Shown: positions 1 to 12,310 of the stretch, piece by piece
Layout of the letters: each line of letters begins with the position of its first letter
Position numbering within the stretch: the first letter of the stretch is position 1
From: Eledone cirrhosa
Lineage: Eukaryota
DNA: 64,000 nucleotides
Assembly: GCA_964016885.1 (NCBI GenBank)
Contig: OZ024754.1
Coordinates: 18,104,001-18,168,000 of the forward strand
Reading direction: 5' to 3'
Translations under genes and position numbers: made by a program
Notes under the pieces: model-generated
Seen by the model: the letters and a program-made list of their open reading frames with translations, nothing else
What the model was told of the DNA's origin: nothing
Database searches by the model: none

Positions 1-890
1 TTGATGCCATGATTCCACCATATTTTACCATCTCATTTGCAATTCTATTTACATCTGGTGTTTAGAGGTTTTGAAACCTCAGCTAGTGTAATTCCCCACA
101 TTTTCGCGTGCAGATCCCGATTGATTAGCAAAGGCAATATTTTCTCCATTTTGTCGATTTAGTTTGTTTAGGCATGGGCAACCTTTTTTCAGGCAGTGAG
201 CCACTTAGGATATGTCTCATCATAAGGTGAGCCGCACTACTAAAAAAGTTTGTGGCAATTTTCAAATTAAGCGTGGCATTCAGAAAAGCAAACAGGTCGC
301 AGTTTACCCATGACTAATTTAATACTTCTTCAAATTCTTCCCTCATGTTCTTATCTTTAGTCAGCAGTTTCCCCTCTGTATTTCTAATTAGGGGCTCTTT
401 GTTTTCCTTGACTCTGCTCACAATTTATCTTTCAATGATATAATCTGATATTCCTCCTTTCACAATGACATTCCTGTATTTCTTCTTATCATGATTACTG
501 AGTCTACCTGCCTATTAACATGTTTATATGTATATCTACTTATAAAATAGGTGATCTTTGATAACAATTACGAATAATTACTTACAGTTTCACATTTGAG
601 CTTTGATATTATCTTCCTCCTCCTCTTTATCATCTTCTAGGTTTCATTTGTAATCCATCTTTTAGATCTTTCTCCTCTTCTAAGATTTACCTTTGCTGTT
701 GCTGCCTTTCTGTAGAATTTCTAGGATACCATTACACATCTTTCCTTCTTTTCTTTTTACCAATTAATGTCTGTAGAACAAATCTATTTCTACATTCACA
801 CAAACTTTTCTCTAAACATTTTTTCTGTTTCTCATTATTATTTGCAATATGATCAGTTTGATCTTCAAGTTTCTCCTCTGGATATGTCCA
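1..890 (-). mobile_element. Heavily decayed non-LTR retrotransposon (LINE) ORF2 fragment
   Basis: Minus-strand translation gives LINE EN-RT linker-like pieces (RRGERSKRWITNET, IRNTEGKLLTKDKNMREEFEEV) broken by stops and frameshifts. Confidence 0.45.
169..316. mobile_element. hAT-like MITE inserted in the LINE fragment
   Basis: Imperfect terminal inverted repeats TAGGCATGGGCAA / TTACCCATGACTA around ~150 bp of non-coding sequence. No clean 8-bp TSD is visible. Confidence 0.45.
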
Positions 891-910
891 AGTATATTTT
901 GGTGCTCAAA

Positions 911-955
<45 letters not shown>

Positions 956-1167
956 CATACACATAATCACAGTTAAACATCTATTTTTTCAGGCTTGCAT
1001 GGGTTAGATGGATTGTCCACATTATGAGGCAAGTTTGACCAGTTGGGTGTGCCATACCTTGCTCAAACAGAACTGTATTTTGGGAGTGTTTTTTACAGCT
1101 GGATGCGCTTCCTGACATCAACACACCAACCACATTTACAGTGAAGTATACATACATATATATATAT

Positions 1168-1222
<55 letters not shown>

Positions 1223-2148
1223 CATATATATATAAATAGGTTATGAAAGATTAAAGTCACCACACAAACACAGAAGCTTCATAATCCTCATCTTAAAGAT
1301 TGTGTGTATGTGTGTGTGTGTTGACACATGCCATATATATCAGCAACCTATACCGTCACTACCCCAATGACACAAGGTCAGGCAGGATGGGAGAATGCTC
1401 TCTAATATGCAGAACTCGAGGTGCAAGCCACCTTTTAGTCTTAGTAAACAAAATGTAGAAAACACAACCCTGATGGATAATGAGGGAGGCACATTGAAAT
1501 AACCACACCAAACTCACGGGACACAGTCCTGTGGGTGATCAACTCTGGCTCAGTAGCAGTGACCAGGGAAGTGCCATATAACAACGAGCAGACATTTACA
1601 GCCATTCCTCCATTCTTTGTTTAGCTATAGATTTAGAAAAAACATCATTACAGATTTCATTCATACACACATGCATTACATATACATAACTACACACATA
1701 TACATATGCACACATCATTGTCATTTTAAGACCCACTTTCCTTCCTAACAAGGGATGATGGGTCTATTTAGACCAAGTCAATACTGAAGCAGGGTTACTG
1801 ATCTCCCAGACAAGCCAGGAATCAGAGCATATATATACATATAAAATATGTGACTTCAGTGTAGTACTTTGCTATTATCTTTTGTAAGGTGGGAGGAGGT
1901 CTATGCAAATTACAATCATTGGTTCATCATTTAATTTTGTAATATTTTTTTATACATACATTACATACAAATACACACACATACATATATACATACGTAA
2001 ATGCATATACGTATACATATACATACATAAATGCATATACATATATATATATGCATACATATATACACATATATATATATACATACATATATACACATAT
2101 ATATACATACATATATACACATATATATACATACATATATATATATAG

Positions 2149-4360
2149 GCTTGGAAAGTATGGCAGGATGGGGGAAGTAGAGAACACTATCAAGTGGCCA
2201 GGAGAGAAGCTAGGAGACAAGTGTACCTTATAAAAAGGGAAGCAGAGGATAGAAAGTTCAAGCATGTTCTACAATGTGAGGACCAAAAACGTGAGGTGTT
2301 CAGGATTGCTAGACAATGTGTCAAGGAAAACCCTGATACTGTCGGGGAGAAGTGTGTCCGTAATGATAACAGTGTACTTGCCATCCCTGATACTGATAAG
2401 GAGGTAGCTTGGAAGTATCACTACGAGAGACTATTAAATGAGGAGAATAAATGGGTAAAAGATAGTCTTCCCCAAATCGAGCAAATAAAAGGAACAGCGG
2501 TGCAAGTTAAACGTAATATAATAAGTAAGGCAATCAAAGCTATGAAGAGAGGCCTTTGGAGATAGTTGCTGAGATGTTGAAAGCATCTGGAATGGTGGGA
2601 CATACTATGGTCACCCATATAGTAAACCAAGTAATACAGAATGGAGTCATACCAAAAGACTGGCATAGCAGCATCATCATTAACTGCTACAATGGTAAAG
2701 GAGATGTTCTAGATAAGGGAAACTATAAAGGCATTAAGTTAGTTGACTAGGTCATGAAGGTCACAGAAAGAGTTATAGCGCAACTAATCAAATTGATCTA
2801 GATGAAATGCAGTTTGGGTTTGTGTCAAGAAAAAGTACCACAGATGCTCTTTTCCTTGTACACAACTACAGGAGAAGTACCTAGGTAAAGGTAAACCCCT
2901 CTACTTAGCTTTTGTCGGCTTGGTGAAAGCCTTTGACAGAGTCCCCCGCTCCATTATCTGGTGGGCTCTTAGAAAACTAGGTGTAGATGAATGGCTTGTG
3001 AGAGCTATACAAGCCATGTATAAAGAAACAGTCAGTAAGGTTAGGATTAAGAATGAATATAGTGAATAATTTAGAGTAAAAGTTGGTGTTAATCAAGCCT
3101 CTGTCCTTAGCCCCCTTCTATTTATTATTGCCCTTCAAGCTATAACAGAGGAGTTTAAGACCGACTGCCCATGGGAACCCCTATACGCAGATGATCTCAC
3201 TCTCATAGCTGAATCTATGGCTGAACTAGAGAAGAAATTCCAAACATGGAAGCATGGCCTAGAATCAAAAGGCCTTAAAGTTAACTTGTCTAAGACTAAA
3301 GTTTTAGTTTGCAGAATACATAAAAGATGTTGTGGGATCACAGGTAAACTATCTAAGAACATAGATTTTATATGTGGCCGATGCTCAGGTGCAATAAGTA
3401 GCAAGTGCCCACAGGATACTAGCTCCTTCTATTGCCCAGATGGTTCTATAGAAATAGTGGACACTTTCCGTTACCTGGGTGACAAAATCAGCAGTGGTGG
3501 ACGGTGTTCTGAAAGTACAGTAGCCAGAGTTAGAACGGGATGGAAAAAGTTCAGAGAGCTTATACCGCTGTTGGCCACAAAAAGTTTCTCTCTAAAAATG
3601 AAAGGCAGATTGTATGATGCCTGCATACGAACAGCAATGCTACATGGGAATTGTGTGCAGAGGACCTGCGCAGATTGGAAAGAAACGAAGCATGCATGCT
3701 CCGTTGCATGTGTAATAATATATATGTGAACGGCAAAGCAAAGATAAACTAAGTGAGAAATTAGGAATAAGAGGGATCAGAGGGATGCTGTTTACTTGAG
3801 AGAAGACTACATTGGTATGGTCACGTGATGCGCATGAAAGACGACAGCTGTATAAAAAAGTGCAGGGCAATCAAAGTTGATGGAAGTTACGGAGTAGGTA
3901 GACCCAGAAAGACCTGGGACAACATGATAAATTCCGACCTTACACACTTCCACCTCTCTAAAACAATGTCACTGGACCGAGATCTTTGGCGCCACACAGT
4001 AATACAGAAGACCTGCCTTCCCTATGTACCAAATGAAACCTACAGTAAGTATGCACCTCGTAACCAAATATGCACCCCAATCCACTACCCCTACTCCATC
4101 CTCCCACTCCCACCTACACGACCCTCTCTCTGTAATGTTGGTACCACGCTGTAATGTGGCCGTGTAGGTAACACGGTAAAAAGCTCCCAGTCCACACTGT
4201 AAATGTGGCTGGTGTTAGGAAGGGCATCCAGTCATAGAAAACCTGCCAGATAGTCCTATATGAGCGAGACATGGTTACCCGACCAACCTTGCCTCAAGTG
4301 GGACTCCCGTCTAACCCATGCTAGCGCGGAAGATGGACGTTAAACGAAGATGATGATGAT
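2149..4360 (+). mobile_element. 5'-truncated RTE-clade LINE (RT pseudogene plus 3' UTR ending in (GAT)n)
   Basis: ORF pieces 2194-2565, 2556-2750, 3217-3729 and 3825-4154 carry RT motifs (NYKGIKL, YADD-like, FRYLG, GRPRKTW). The 3' UTR contains GGTGTTAGGAAGGGCATCCAG and ends in gatgatgat. Confidence 0.9.
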
Positions 4361-4362
4361 AC

Positions 4363-4393
<31 letters not shown>

Positions 4394-4851
4394 TACACAT
4401 ATACATACACACACATATATGTACATACACATACACACACATATACATATATATATACATACATATATATATACATATACATATATACATACATACATAT
4501 ATATATATATGTACACATATATACATATATGTACACATACATATACATATATATATACATACATACATATACATACACAAATACATAAACATTTATATAA
4601 ACATATATATATACATATATATATACATACATATATATATATACATATATAAACATATATATATACATATATATATACATATACATACATATATATATAC
4701 ATACATATATACATACATATATATATATACATACATATATATATACATACATATATATACACACACACACATTTATATATATATAAAAACACACACATAT
4801 ATATACATACATATATATATACATACATATATATATATACACATATATATA

Positions 4852-4887
<36 letters not shown>

Positions 4888-4997
4888 CACACACACACAT
4901 ATATATAACGAAGATGAACATGATATACATATATATACACATACATAGATATATATAGATATACATATAAATATATATATATACATATATATATACA
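4361..4997. repeat. Compound (TA)n/(CA)n/(TACA)n microsatellite; similar tracts at 8595-8990, 23945-24320, 30985-31360, 34760-36840 and 38150-38860
   Basis: Directly visible dinucleotide runs; they explain the Y/I/M/C/H-rich ORFs. Confidence 0.97.
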
Positions 4998-5358
4998 TTA
5001 CTCCTTATACTGTAATTTCTGTAGCATAACATCTTTTTCTAACTCTTGCTTTTCTATATGATGTCACTGACTCTGGCAATAGTTATGTATCTATATAAAT
5101 GTTCTGAAGTTTAGGATTTTAATAACCTGTTTAAACATTGTGTATGCTCTGATGAATCCAGACATTCGTCTTGAAGAAACAATTGTCAGCAATGAAATGT
5201 ATTAAACTAAGATTTGATTCTTTTATATTTTGTACATATACACATATATATATATATATATATATACATATATATACATTTATATATATATACACACACA
5301 CACACATATGCATATATATATACATATATATATATATATACATACATATATATGCATA

Positions 5359-8330
5359 TATCATCATCATCATCATTTTACGTCAGCTTTTCCCTGGTTG
5401 CAAGGGTCCTATTCAGCACAGCATCTTTCTACCCGTCACAATCCTTCGTCATCTCTTCGGTGAGTTTCAGCGATCTGAGGTCTGCTTTCACCACCTCTGC
5501 CCATGTTTATCGTGGTCTACCTCTACTGCGTCTTCCCTCCACTGGGACTTCCTGGCACTTCTTCACCCATTGGTCATCCTCCATGTGCATCACATGTCCA
5601 TACCATCTCAGCCGTCTCTCCTGCACACCACAACTTATTCCTCTTATACCCAGTTTCTTTCCCAACTCGTCTATGCTTGGTCGTTCATGCACATTGACAA
5701 TGCACATCTAACAGAACATACTTGCTTCATTTCTCTCCAGCCACTGCATATCTTCTGCAGTTGCTGCCCATGTCTCACTACCATGCAGCATCACGCATCT
5801 CACACAGGCATCATATAACCGTCCTTTTGTATGCAGGGAGAAAGCCTTCTTTGTCAACAGAAGGAGCAGCTCCCTAAACTTCTTTCAACCCGTCCTTATT
5901 CTAGATACTATGTCCTCAGAACCCCCCCCCCCCCCCTCCCATGCTAATCTGATCTCCTAGGTACCGGAAGCTATCAACCACTTCTATAGAACCCACCTGC
6001 ATTGGAAAAATGCGTCTATCACTGCGATTAATACTGCCAACTTTCCCTGTACATCTGCTGGATACGTAGTTTTCCCTACCTGTTAGTTTGCCTGCTATCA
6101 CACTACATCTCTTGTGTACCCAAGATCTGCATTGCATACATTTTATAGAATTTATGCCAGTTCCTTTCCTACATATCGAATATGGCCATTTCCCTCATGG
6201 AATCAGAGTATTGTCCTCTCTTCTACTTATCAACACTTTTGTTTTAGCTATGTTCACTCTCAGGCCTTGTGATTCCAACTGCTGTTTCCATAACCAGAAT
6301 TTATTCTCTAGCTCCTTTACTGATTCTGCTATAAGAACCAGATCATCAGCATAGAGAAGTTCCCATGGGCATCCAGTCTTAAACTCCTCCGTTATTGCTT
6401 GGAGGACTATAATGAACAAGAGTGGGCTGAGGACAGAACCTTGATGTACACCTACTTGTATCTGGAATTCCTCACTAAACTCCATTCCTATTCTCACTTT
6501 ACTGAGAAGCACCCCTGTACATAGCTTGCACTGTCCTCACAAGCCATTCCTCTACACCTAGTTTCCTTAGGGACCACCAGATGACAGATCAGGGTACCCT
6601 ATCAAAGGCCTTCTCTAGGTCAACAAAAGCTAAGTATAGTCGCTTATTTTTCTCTAAGAACCTCTCTTGTAGTTGCCTCACTATGAAGAGTGCATCTGTT
6701 GTACTTTTCCGAGGCACAAAACAAAACTGGATCTCATCTAAATCGACCCTTTCTCTAATCAGTTGCGCTAATATTCTCTCTGCCACTTTCATAACCTGAT
6801 CCATCAGTTTTATGCCCTTTACCTTTGTAACAATTTATGAGAATACTGCTGCACCAGTCTTTGGGTATGACACCACCATATATAGCTTGATTAATGATGC
6901 GTGCAACTAGTTTAGTGCCTTTGTCCCCTGATGCCTTCAACATCTCAGCAACTATCCCCAACGGCCCAGTAGCCTTACCATCCTTCATTTCCTTAATTGC
7001 CTCTTGTACCCTATATTCGTCAATCTCAATAGCTGGTCTCTCTGTCGAGTCTAATTCCTCTCTGTCCCACTCGTTCTCTACATTCATCAGTCTCTCATAA
7101 TGACATTTCCCAGGCCTCTTCCTTTTGATCATTTGTGACACTAAGTACACCGGCATCATTCCGGACATACTTATCTCCAACAACATCCTGATTTGCACTG
7201 ACACACTGCCTTGCAATGCGGAACGCCGCACGTCTCTGATCTTCTCTTCGCAAAACATTGGCAAACGTCCTACTCTCAGCCTCCCTGCGTGCTAAGTACA
7301 CCTGACGTCTAGCTTCTCTCTTAGCGGCTGTGTATCTGTCTCTACTCCCACCATTTTCCCAGGCTTTCCATGCCAGTCTTTTGTCTCTAATAGCCCTATC
7401 TACTGTGCTGTTCTACCACCAGGTCACTCTCTGTCTGGTGGAAGCTCTGCCCCAACCACAAATTTCTTCAGTAGCCTGCAGTAAGTTGTCACGCAAGAAA
7501 TTCCAGTTATCATCTATGTCATACAACTCTAAATCGTCTTCTTTTTCGTCGTACGCATCTTGAAGGGCTTTCCTAAATTTATATTTTTGTGAAAGGTTTC
7601 TTGGCTTTCAGACCTTTCTTTTCCACACCTTCCTGTATGTCTCATTCTTTCTCTTGCTTACTGAAATGTCACTAACGACTAACCTATGCTGTGGGGTACA
7701 TTCTTCCCCAGGGTAAGCCTTAGTATTTGACACCATCTGTCTGTCTCGCTGTCTAACTAGCAGGAAGTCAATCTGGCTTATGTGCTCATCTGATTTGTAG
7801 GTTATTAGGTGGTTGGCAGGTTTCTGGAAGTTAGTGCATTTGCATCAGAAAATTCAAGAAGCCTCACTCCTTCTTCATTTTTTGAGCTGTAACCGTGCCC
7901 CCCATGTACCCCATCCTGGAGCTGTCCAACATGTCCATTGAAGTCCCCTGCCAGCATAACGATGTCTGTGTCCTCTGTCATTGAGGCTGTCTGTAAAAGT
8001 TGCTCGTAAAAGCAGTCTTTCTCTTTACCTAGGCCTGCCTGGGGAGCATAGGCAGAGATGATTGTAGTCTCTTGCCTACAACTAACCAAAGCTTAATTAT
8101 TCTATTACTAACTCCAACTATTGTCTTATTGATCCATCTCTCAGCCAGTAATATGCCCACCCCACCTAACCATCATCATTACCCACCCAGAAAAGCTTAT
8201 AACTACAATGTTTGCCTGCGATTAGTCTTGCAGAGGCACCTCTTGCACACAGCACACATCCACATGCTTTCTCTCCAGCATCTCTGCAATCTCACCAGAT
8301 CTACCTGTTAGCGTGCCAACATTAAGGGTG
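5359..8330 (-). mobile_element. Near full-length decayed RTE LINE (APE endonuclease plus RT)
   Basis: Endonuclease motifs (ISAYAPQ, AGDFNGHVG) at 7805-8089. RT motifs QGSVLSPLLF and LLYADDLVL at 6195-6512, FVDLEKAFDRVP at 6589-6804. (ATG)n tail near 5360. Confidence 0.92.
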
Positions 8331-8391
8331 TATATATATATATATAGATGCATATATCTATATATACATATAAGCATATATATATACATAT

Positions 8392-8595
8392 CAATCGACT
8401 TTCGTCAAATCGGACCGAGGAAACAATGTTTTCGTCGGTCTTTCCAGTTGCTAGTACTATATATCGGTCGCAACTCCAAGGAGCAACGTCAAATAAAGTG
8501 TCTTGCTCAAGGACATAACGCACCAACCGATCCAGGAATCGAACTCACAACCTCAAGATTGTGGATCCAATTCTCTAACCACTCAGCCACATGCA

Positions 8596-8596
<1 letters not shown>
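8392..8596 (-). mobile_element. tRNA-derived SINE
   Basis: Minus strand has A-box TGGCTGAGTGG, B-box GAGTTCGATTC and the central motif TCCTTGAGCAAGACACTTTATTT shared with other SINEs in the window. Confidence 0.8.
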
Positions 8597-8627
<31 letters not shown>

Positions 8628-8731
8628 CATTATATATATATATATATATAAACATATATAAACATAAATATATATATGTATATACATATATATATACACA
8701 TATATATATATATAAACATATATAAACATAA

Positions 8732-8762
<31 letters not shown>

Positions 8763-8890
8763 CACATATATATATGTATATATATATATATAAATATATA
8801 TATGTATATACATATATATATATACATATATATATGTATATATATATAAATATATATATGTATATACATATATATATATATACATATATA

Positions 8891-8944
<54 letters not shown>

Positions 8945-8991
8945 ATATATACATATATATATACACATACATATATATATATGCATATATA

Positions 8992-9300
8992 TCTATATTA
9001 ATAAAGCTGATGGCCGTATGTATGTAACAAACTTTTGGCAAAGCGGCTGGACCAAACAGCACCATAGATGTAACTTTTCCCAAGGAAGAAAGTGAGTGTA
9101 TTTTTGTCTACTAAATTTCGTTATTATTGATTAAATATATTTTGTTTATCTAAAGATTCACTTCTTTAAAATTTTCAAATGTCAACACTTCCGGTGAGCG
9201 AACGCTTAAATAAACATTCATATATTTTGCAATTTATACACAATAACGTCTTTTTTTTAATGTATCATGGATTAAATTTTTGTGTATATTGTCAATCTCT
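8992..9300 (+). mobile_element. Non-autonomous Helitron-like fragment
   Basis: Starts TCTATATTAATAAAG. Positions 9105-9290 are similar to 57815-58000, which lie inside the Helitron-like element at 57532-58184. Confidence 0.5.
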
Positions 9301-9499
9301 ATCTATGTTAATAAAGCTGACTACATTACAGGTACTTTATTATATATAATATATATAATACAATATTCCTCTCTCTTTTTAGACAGATACATAGCTATAA
9401 CGTTGCGCACTTATATCTGTCTGTATGTCAGCCTGTCTGCATTGACTTCGCTTCTAACCAACTTTTAATTAATTATATATATATAATTATATATTCGTG

Positions 9500-10234
9500 T
9501 ACATATTTTCAACAGTAATACTGTACTATATATTTTCAACTGTAATACTATACTATATATTTTCAACAGTAATACTGTACTATATATTTTCAACAGTAGT
9601 ACTGTACTATATATTTTCAACTGTAATACTATACTATATATTTTCAACAGTAATACAGTACTACATGTTTTCAACTAATACTATACTATACAATATATTT
9701 TCAACAGTAATACTGTACTATACTATATATTTTCAACAGTAATACTCTACTATACTATATATTTTCAACAGTAATACTGTACTATATATTTTCAACAGTA
9801 GTACTGTACTATATATTTTCAACTGTAATACTATACTATATATTTTCAACAGTAATACAGTACTACATGTTTTCAACTAATACTATACTATACAATATAT
9901 TTTCAACAGTAATACTGTACTATACTATATATTTTCAACAGTAATACTCTACTATACTATATATTTTCAACAGTAATACTGTACTATATATTTTCAACAG
10001 TAGTACTGTACTATATATTTTCAACTGTAATACTATACTATATATTTTCAACAGTAATACAGTACTACATGTTTTCAACTAATACTATACTATACAATAT
10101 ATTTTCAACAGTAATACTGTACTATACTCTACTATACTATATATTTTCAACAGTAATACTGTACTATATATTTTCAACAGTAGTACTGTACTATATATTT
10201 TCAACAGTAATACTATACTATATATTTTCAACAG
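9500..10234. repeat. 27-bp minisatellite with a 202-bp higher-order period
   Basis: Unit TATATTTTCAACAGTAATACTGTACTA; the variant CTACATG recurs at 9661, 9863 and 10065. Confidence 0.9.
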
Positions 10235-10477
10235 CTGGATGCCCTTAACACCAACCTCATTTACAGTGAGTGCTGGGTGCTTTTTTGCCGTGCCACCTCC
10301 ACGACCACTTTACAGTGGAATGATAGGGACCTCAGTCCCTATCATCTCATTTCTACAGCTAAGTAAACTGGAGCAATGTGAAATAAAGTGTCTTGCTCAA
10401 GGAAACAACACATCACTCGGTCCGAGAATTGACTCCTCTTGATTGCAAACCCAATGCTCTAACCACTAAGCCATGCA
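10226..10477 (-). mobile_element. tRNA-derived SINE with RTE-type tail
   Basis: Reverse complement of the SINE at 29474-29806 (TGGCTTAGTGG A-box, CCTTGAGCAAGACACTTTATTTCAC, GGGCATCCAGCTG). Confidence 0.85.
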
Positions 10478-10717
10478 TATATACATATTACCCACTCTAC
10501 TACCCAATGTATATATATACACATTGGGTAGTAGAGTGGGTAATAGGAAAAGGTTCAGGACCCCGACGGCAGAGCTCAAGCCGTTTCAACGGCTACCTCT
10601 GGACGCGTATTTTAGCACTATGGTGCATTATAGTCCACCTGGTTCCTTACCACACTTCTTTCATTATATATATATATATATATATACTTATATGCATATA
10701 TATATATGAATATATAT

Positions 10718-11175
10718 ACTAGCCGAATTACCCGCGCCTTGCTGCATTTCACACATTTTTTTTTGTAAGAAAATGAAGATTGATTTTAAATCAGTGATAT
10801 AATTTATGGAAAAAACTCTGCATTTCAATAATACTCAATGTAAAATGTAATGTATGAAAAATTAGAATACATTCTTTTTTGTAATATATCAAATCAAAAT
10901 TACATTATTAAATCTTATTCTTATTTTGTTTCTTGTAAATAATTTTTTTTCAAAATATCAATTCAAAACTTTTGTAAATAGGCATCATATCTTGTCATTT
11001 ACCTATGGTTTAAATTTCATATAAATCGAAGAAAAAAAATTTCATGAAATATACTTATCCAAGTACCCTGGGCAATGTAGTTACAGAATATATATGGTTA
11101 TGGGGGTCTATCTCCAAAACCATAGGAGGAGTTCGTGAACAAACAAACAATCAGACAGGAACTACAACTTTATAT
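10718..11175 (-). mobile_element. Non-autonomous Helitron-like element
   Basis: Minus-strand 3' end reads GCGCGGGTAATTCGGCTAGT (CTAG terminus). The 5' end reads TATATAAAGTTGTAG...TGTTTGTTTG, resembling small animal Helitrons. Confidence 0.6.
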
Positions 11176-11201
11176 ATATATATATATATGCATATATATA
11201 T

Positions 11202-12238
11202 ATCATCATCATCATCTTCGTTTAACGTCCATTTTCCACGTTAGCATGGGTTAGACGGGAGTTGTCCTACTTGAGGCAAGGCTGGTCGGGTGACCTTGTC
11301 TCACTCATATAGGACTATCTGGCAGGTTTTCTACGGCTGGATGCCCTTCCTAACACCAACTACATTTACAGTGTGGAACTGGGAACTTTTTACCGTGTTT
11401 TTTTGTCGTGACACCTACACGAACTCGATCTCATTTTCTCGAGCTGTTGGTGGGAGTGGGAGGATAGGGTAAGGGTAGTGGATTGGGGTGTATATTTGGT
11501 TAAGAGGTGCCTACTGACTGTAGGTTTCGATTTGTACATAAGCAAGGCGGGTCTTCTGTATTACTGCGTAGCACCAAAGATCTAGGTCCAGTGACATTGT
11601 CTTAGAGAGATGTAAGTGTGTGAAGTCGGAATTTATCAGATCATCCCAGGTTTTTCTGGGTCTACCTACTCCGTAACTACCATTGATTTTGATCGCCCTG
11701 CACTTTTTTTATGCAGCTGTCGTCTTTCATGCGCATCATGTGACCATACCAACGTAGTCTTCTCTCAAGTAAACAGCATCTGATCCCTCTTATTTCTAAT
11801 TTCTCACTTAGTTCATTTATGCTTTGCCGTTCACGTATATTACTATTACACATCCAATGGAGCATGCATGCTTCGTTCCTTTCCAGTCTACGCAGGTCAT
11901 GTCTCACTGCCATGTAACATTGCTGTTCGTATACAGGCATCATACAATCTGCCTTTCTTTTTTAGAGAGAAACCTTTTATGGCCAACAGCGGTATAAGCT
12001 CTCTAAACTTTTTCCATCCCGTTCTGACTCTGGCTACTGTACTTTGAGAACACCCTCCACCACTGCTGATTTTGTCACCCAGGTAACGGAAAGTGTCCAC
12101 TATTTCTATAGAACCATCTGGGCAATAGAAGGAGCTAGTATCCTTTGGACACTTGCTACTTATTGCACCTGAGCATTGGCCACATATAAAGTCTACATTC
12201 TTTGATAGTTTACCTGTGATCCCACTACATCTTTTATG
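11202..12238 (-). mobile_element. RTE LINE 3' fragment
   Basis: ORFs 11897-12283 and 11677-11943 (FRYLGD, RRLRWYGH) plus the 3' UTR and (ATG)n tail. Confidence 0.9.
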
Positions 12239-12273
<35 letters not shown>

Positions 12274-12310
12274 ACACATACACACATATATATATATATG
12301 CATATATATA

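Noticed and set aside
586-770. Possible PMCA exon bounded by CTACAG and GTAAGT on the minus strand
   Set aside because: It contains stops and resembles the surrounding decayed LINE ORF2 rather than PMCA.
4311-5032. Long Y/I/M/C/V/H-rich ORFs here and at 8575-9083, 23924-24465, 34725-36925 and 37953-38980
   Set aside because: They are translations of (TA)n/(CA)n microsatellites, which rarely contain stop codons.
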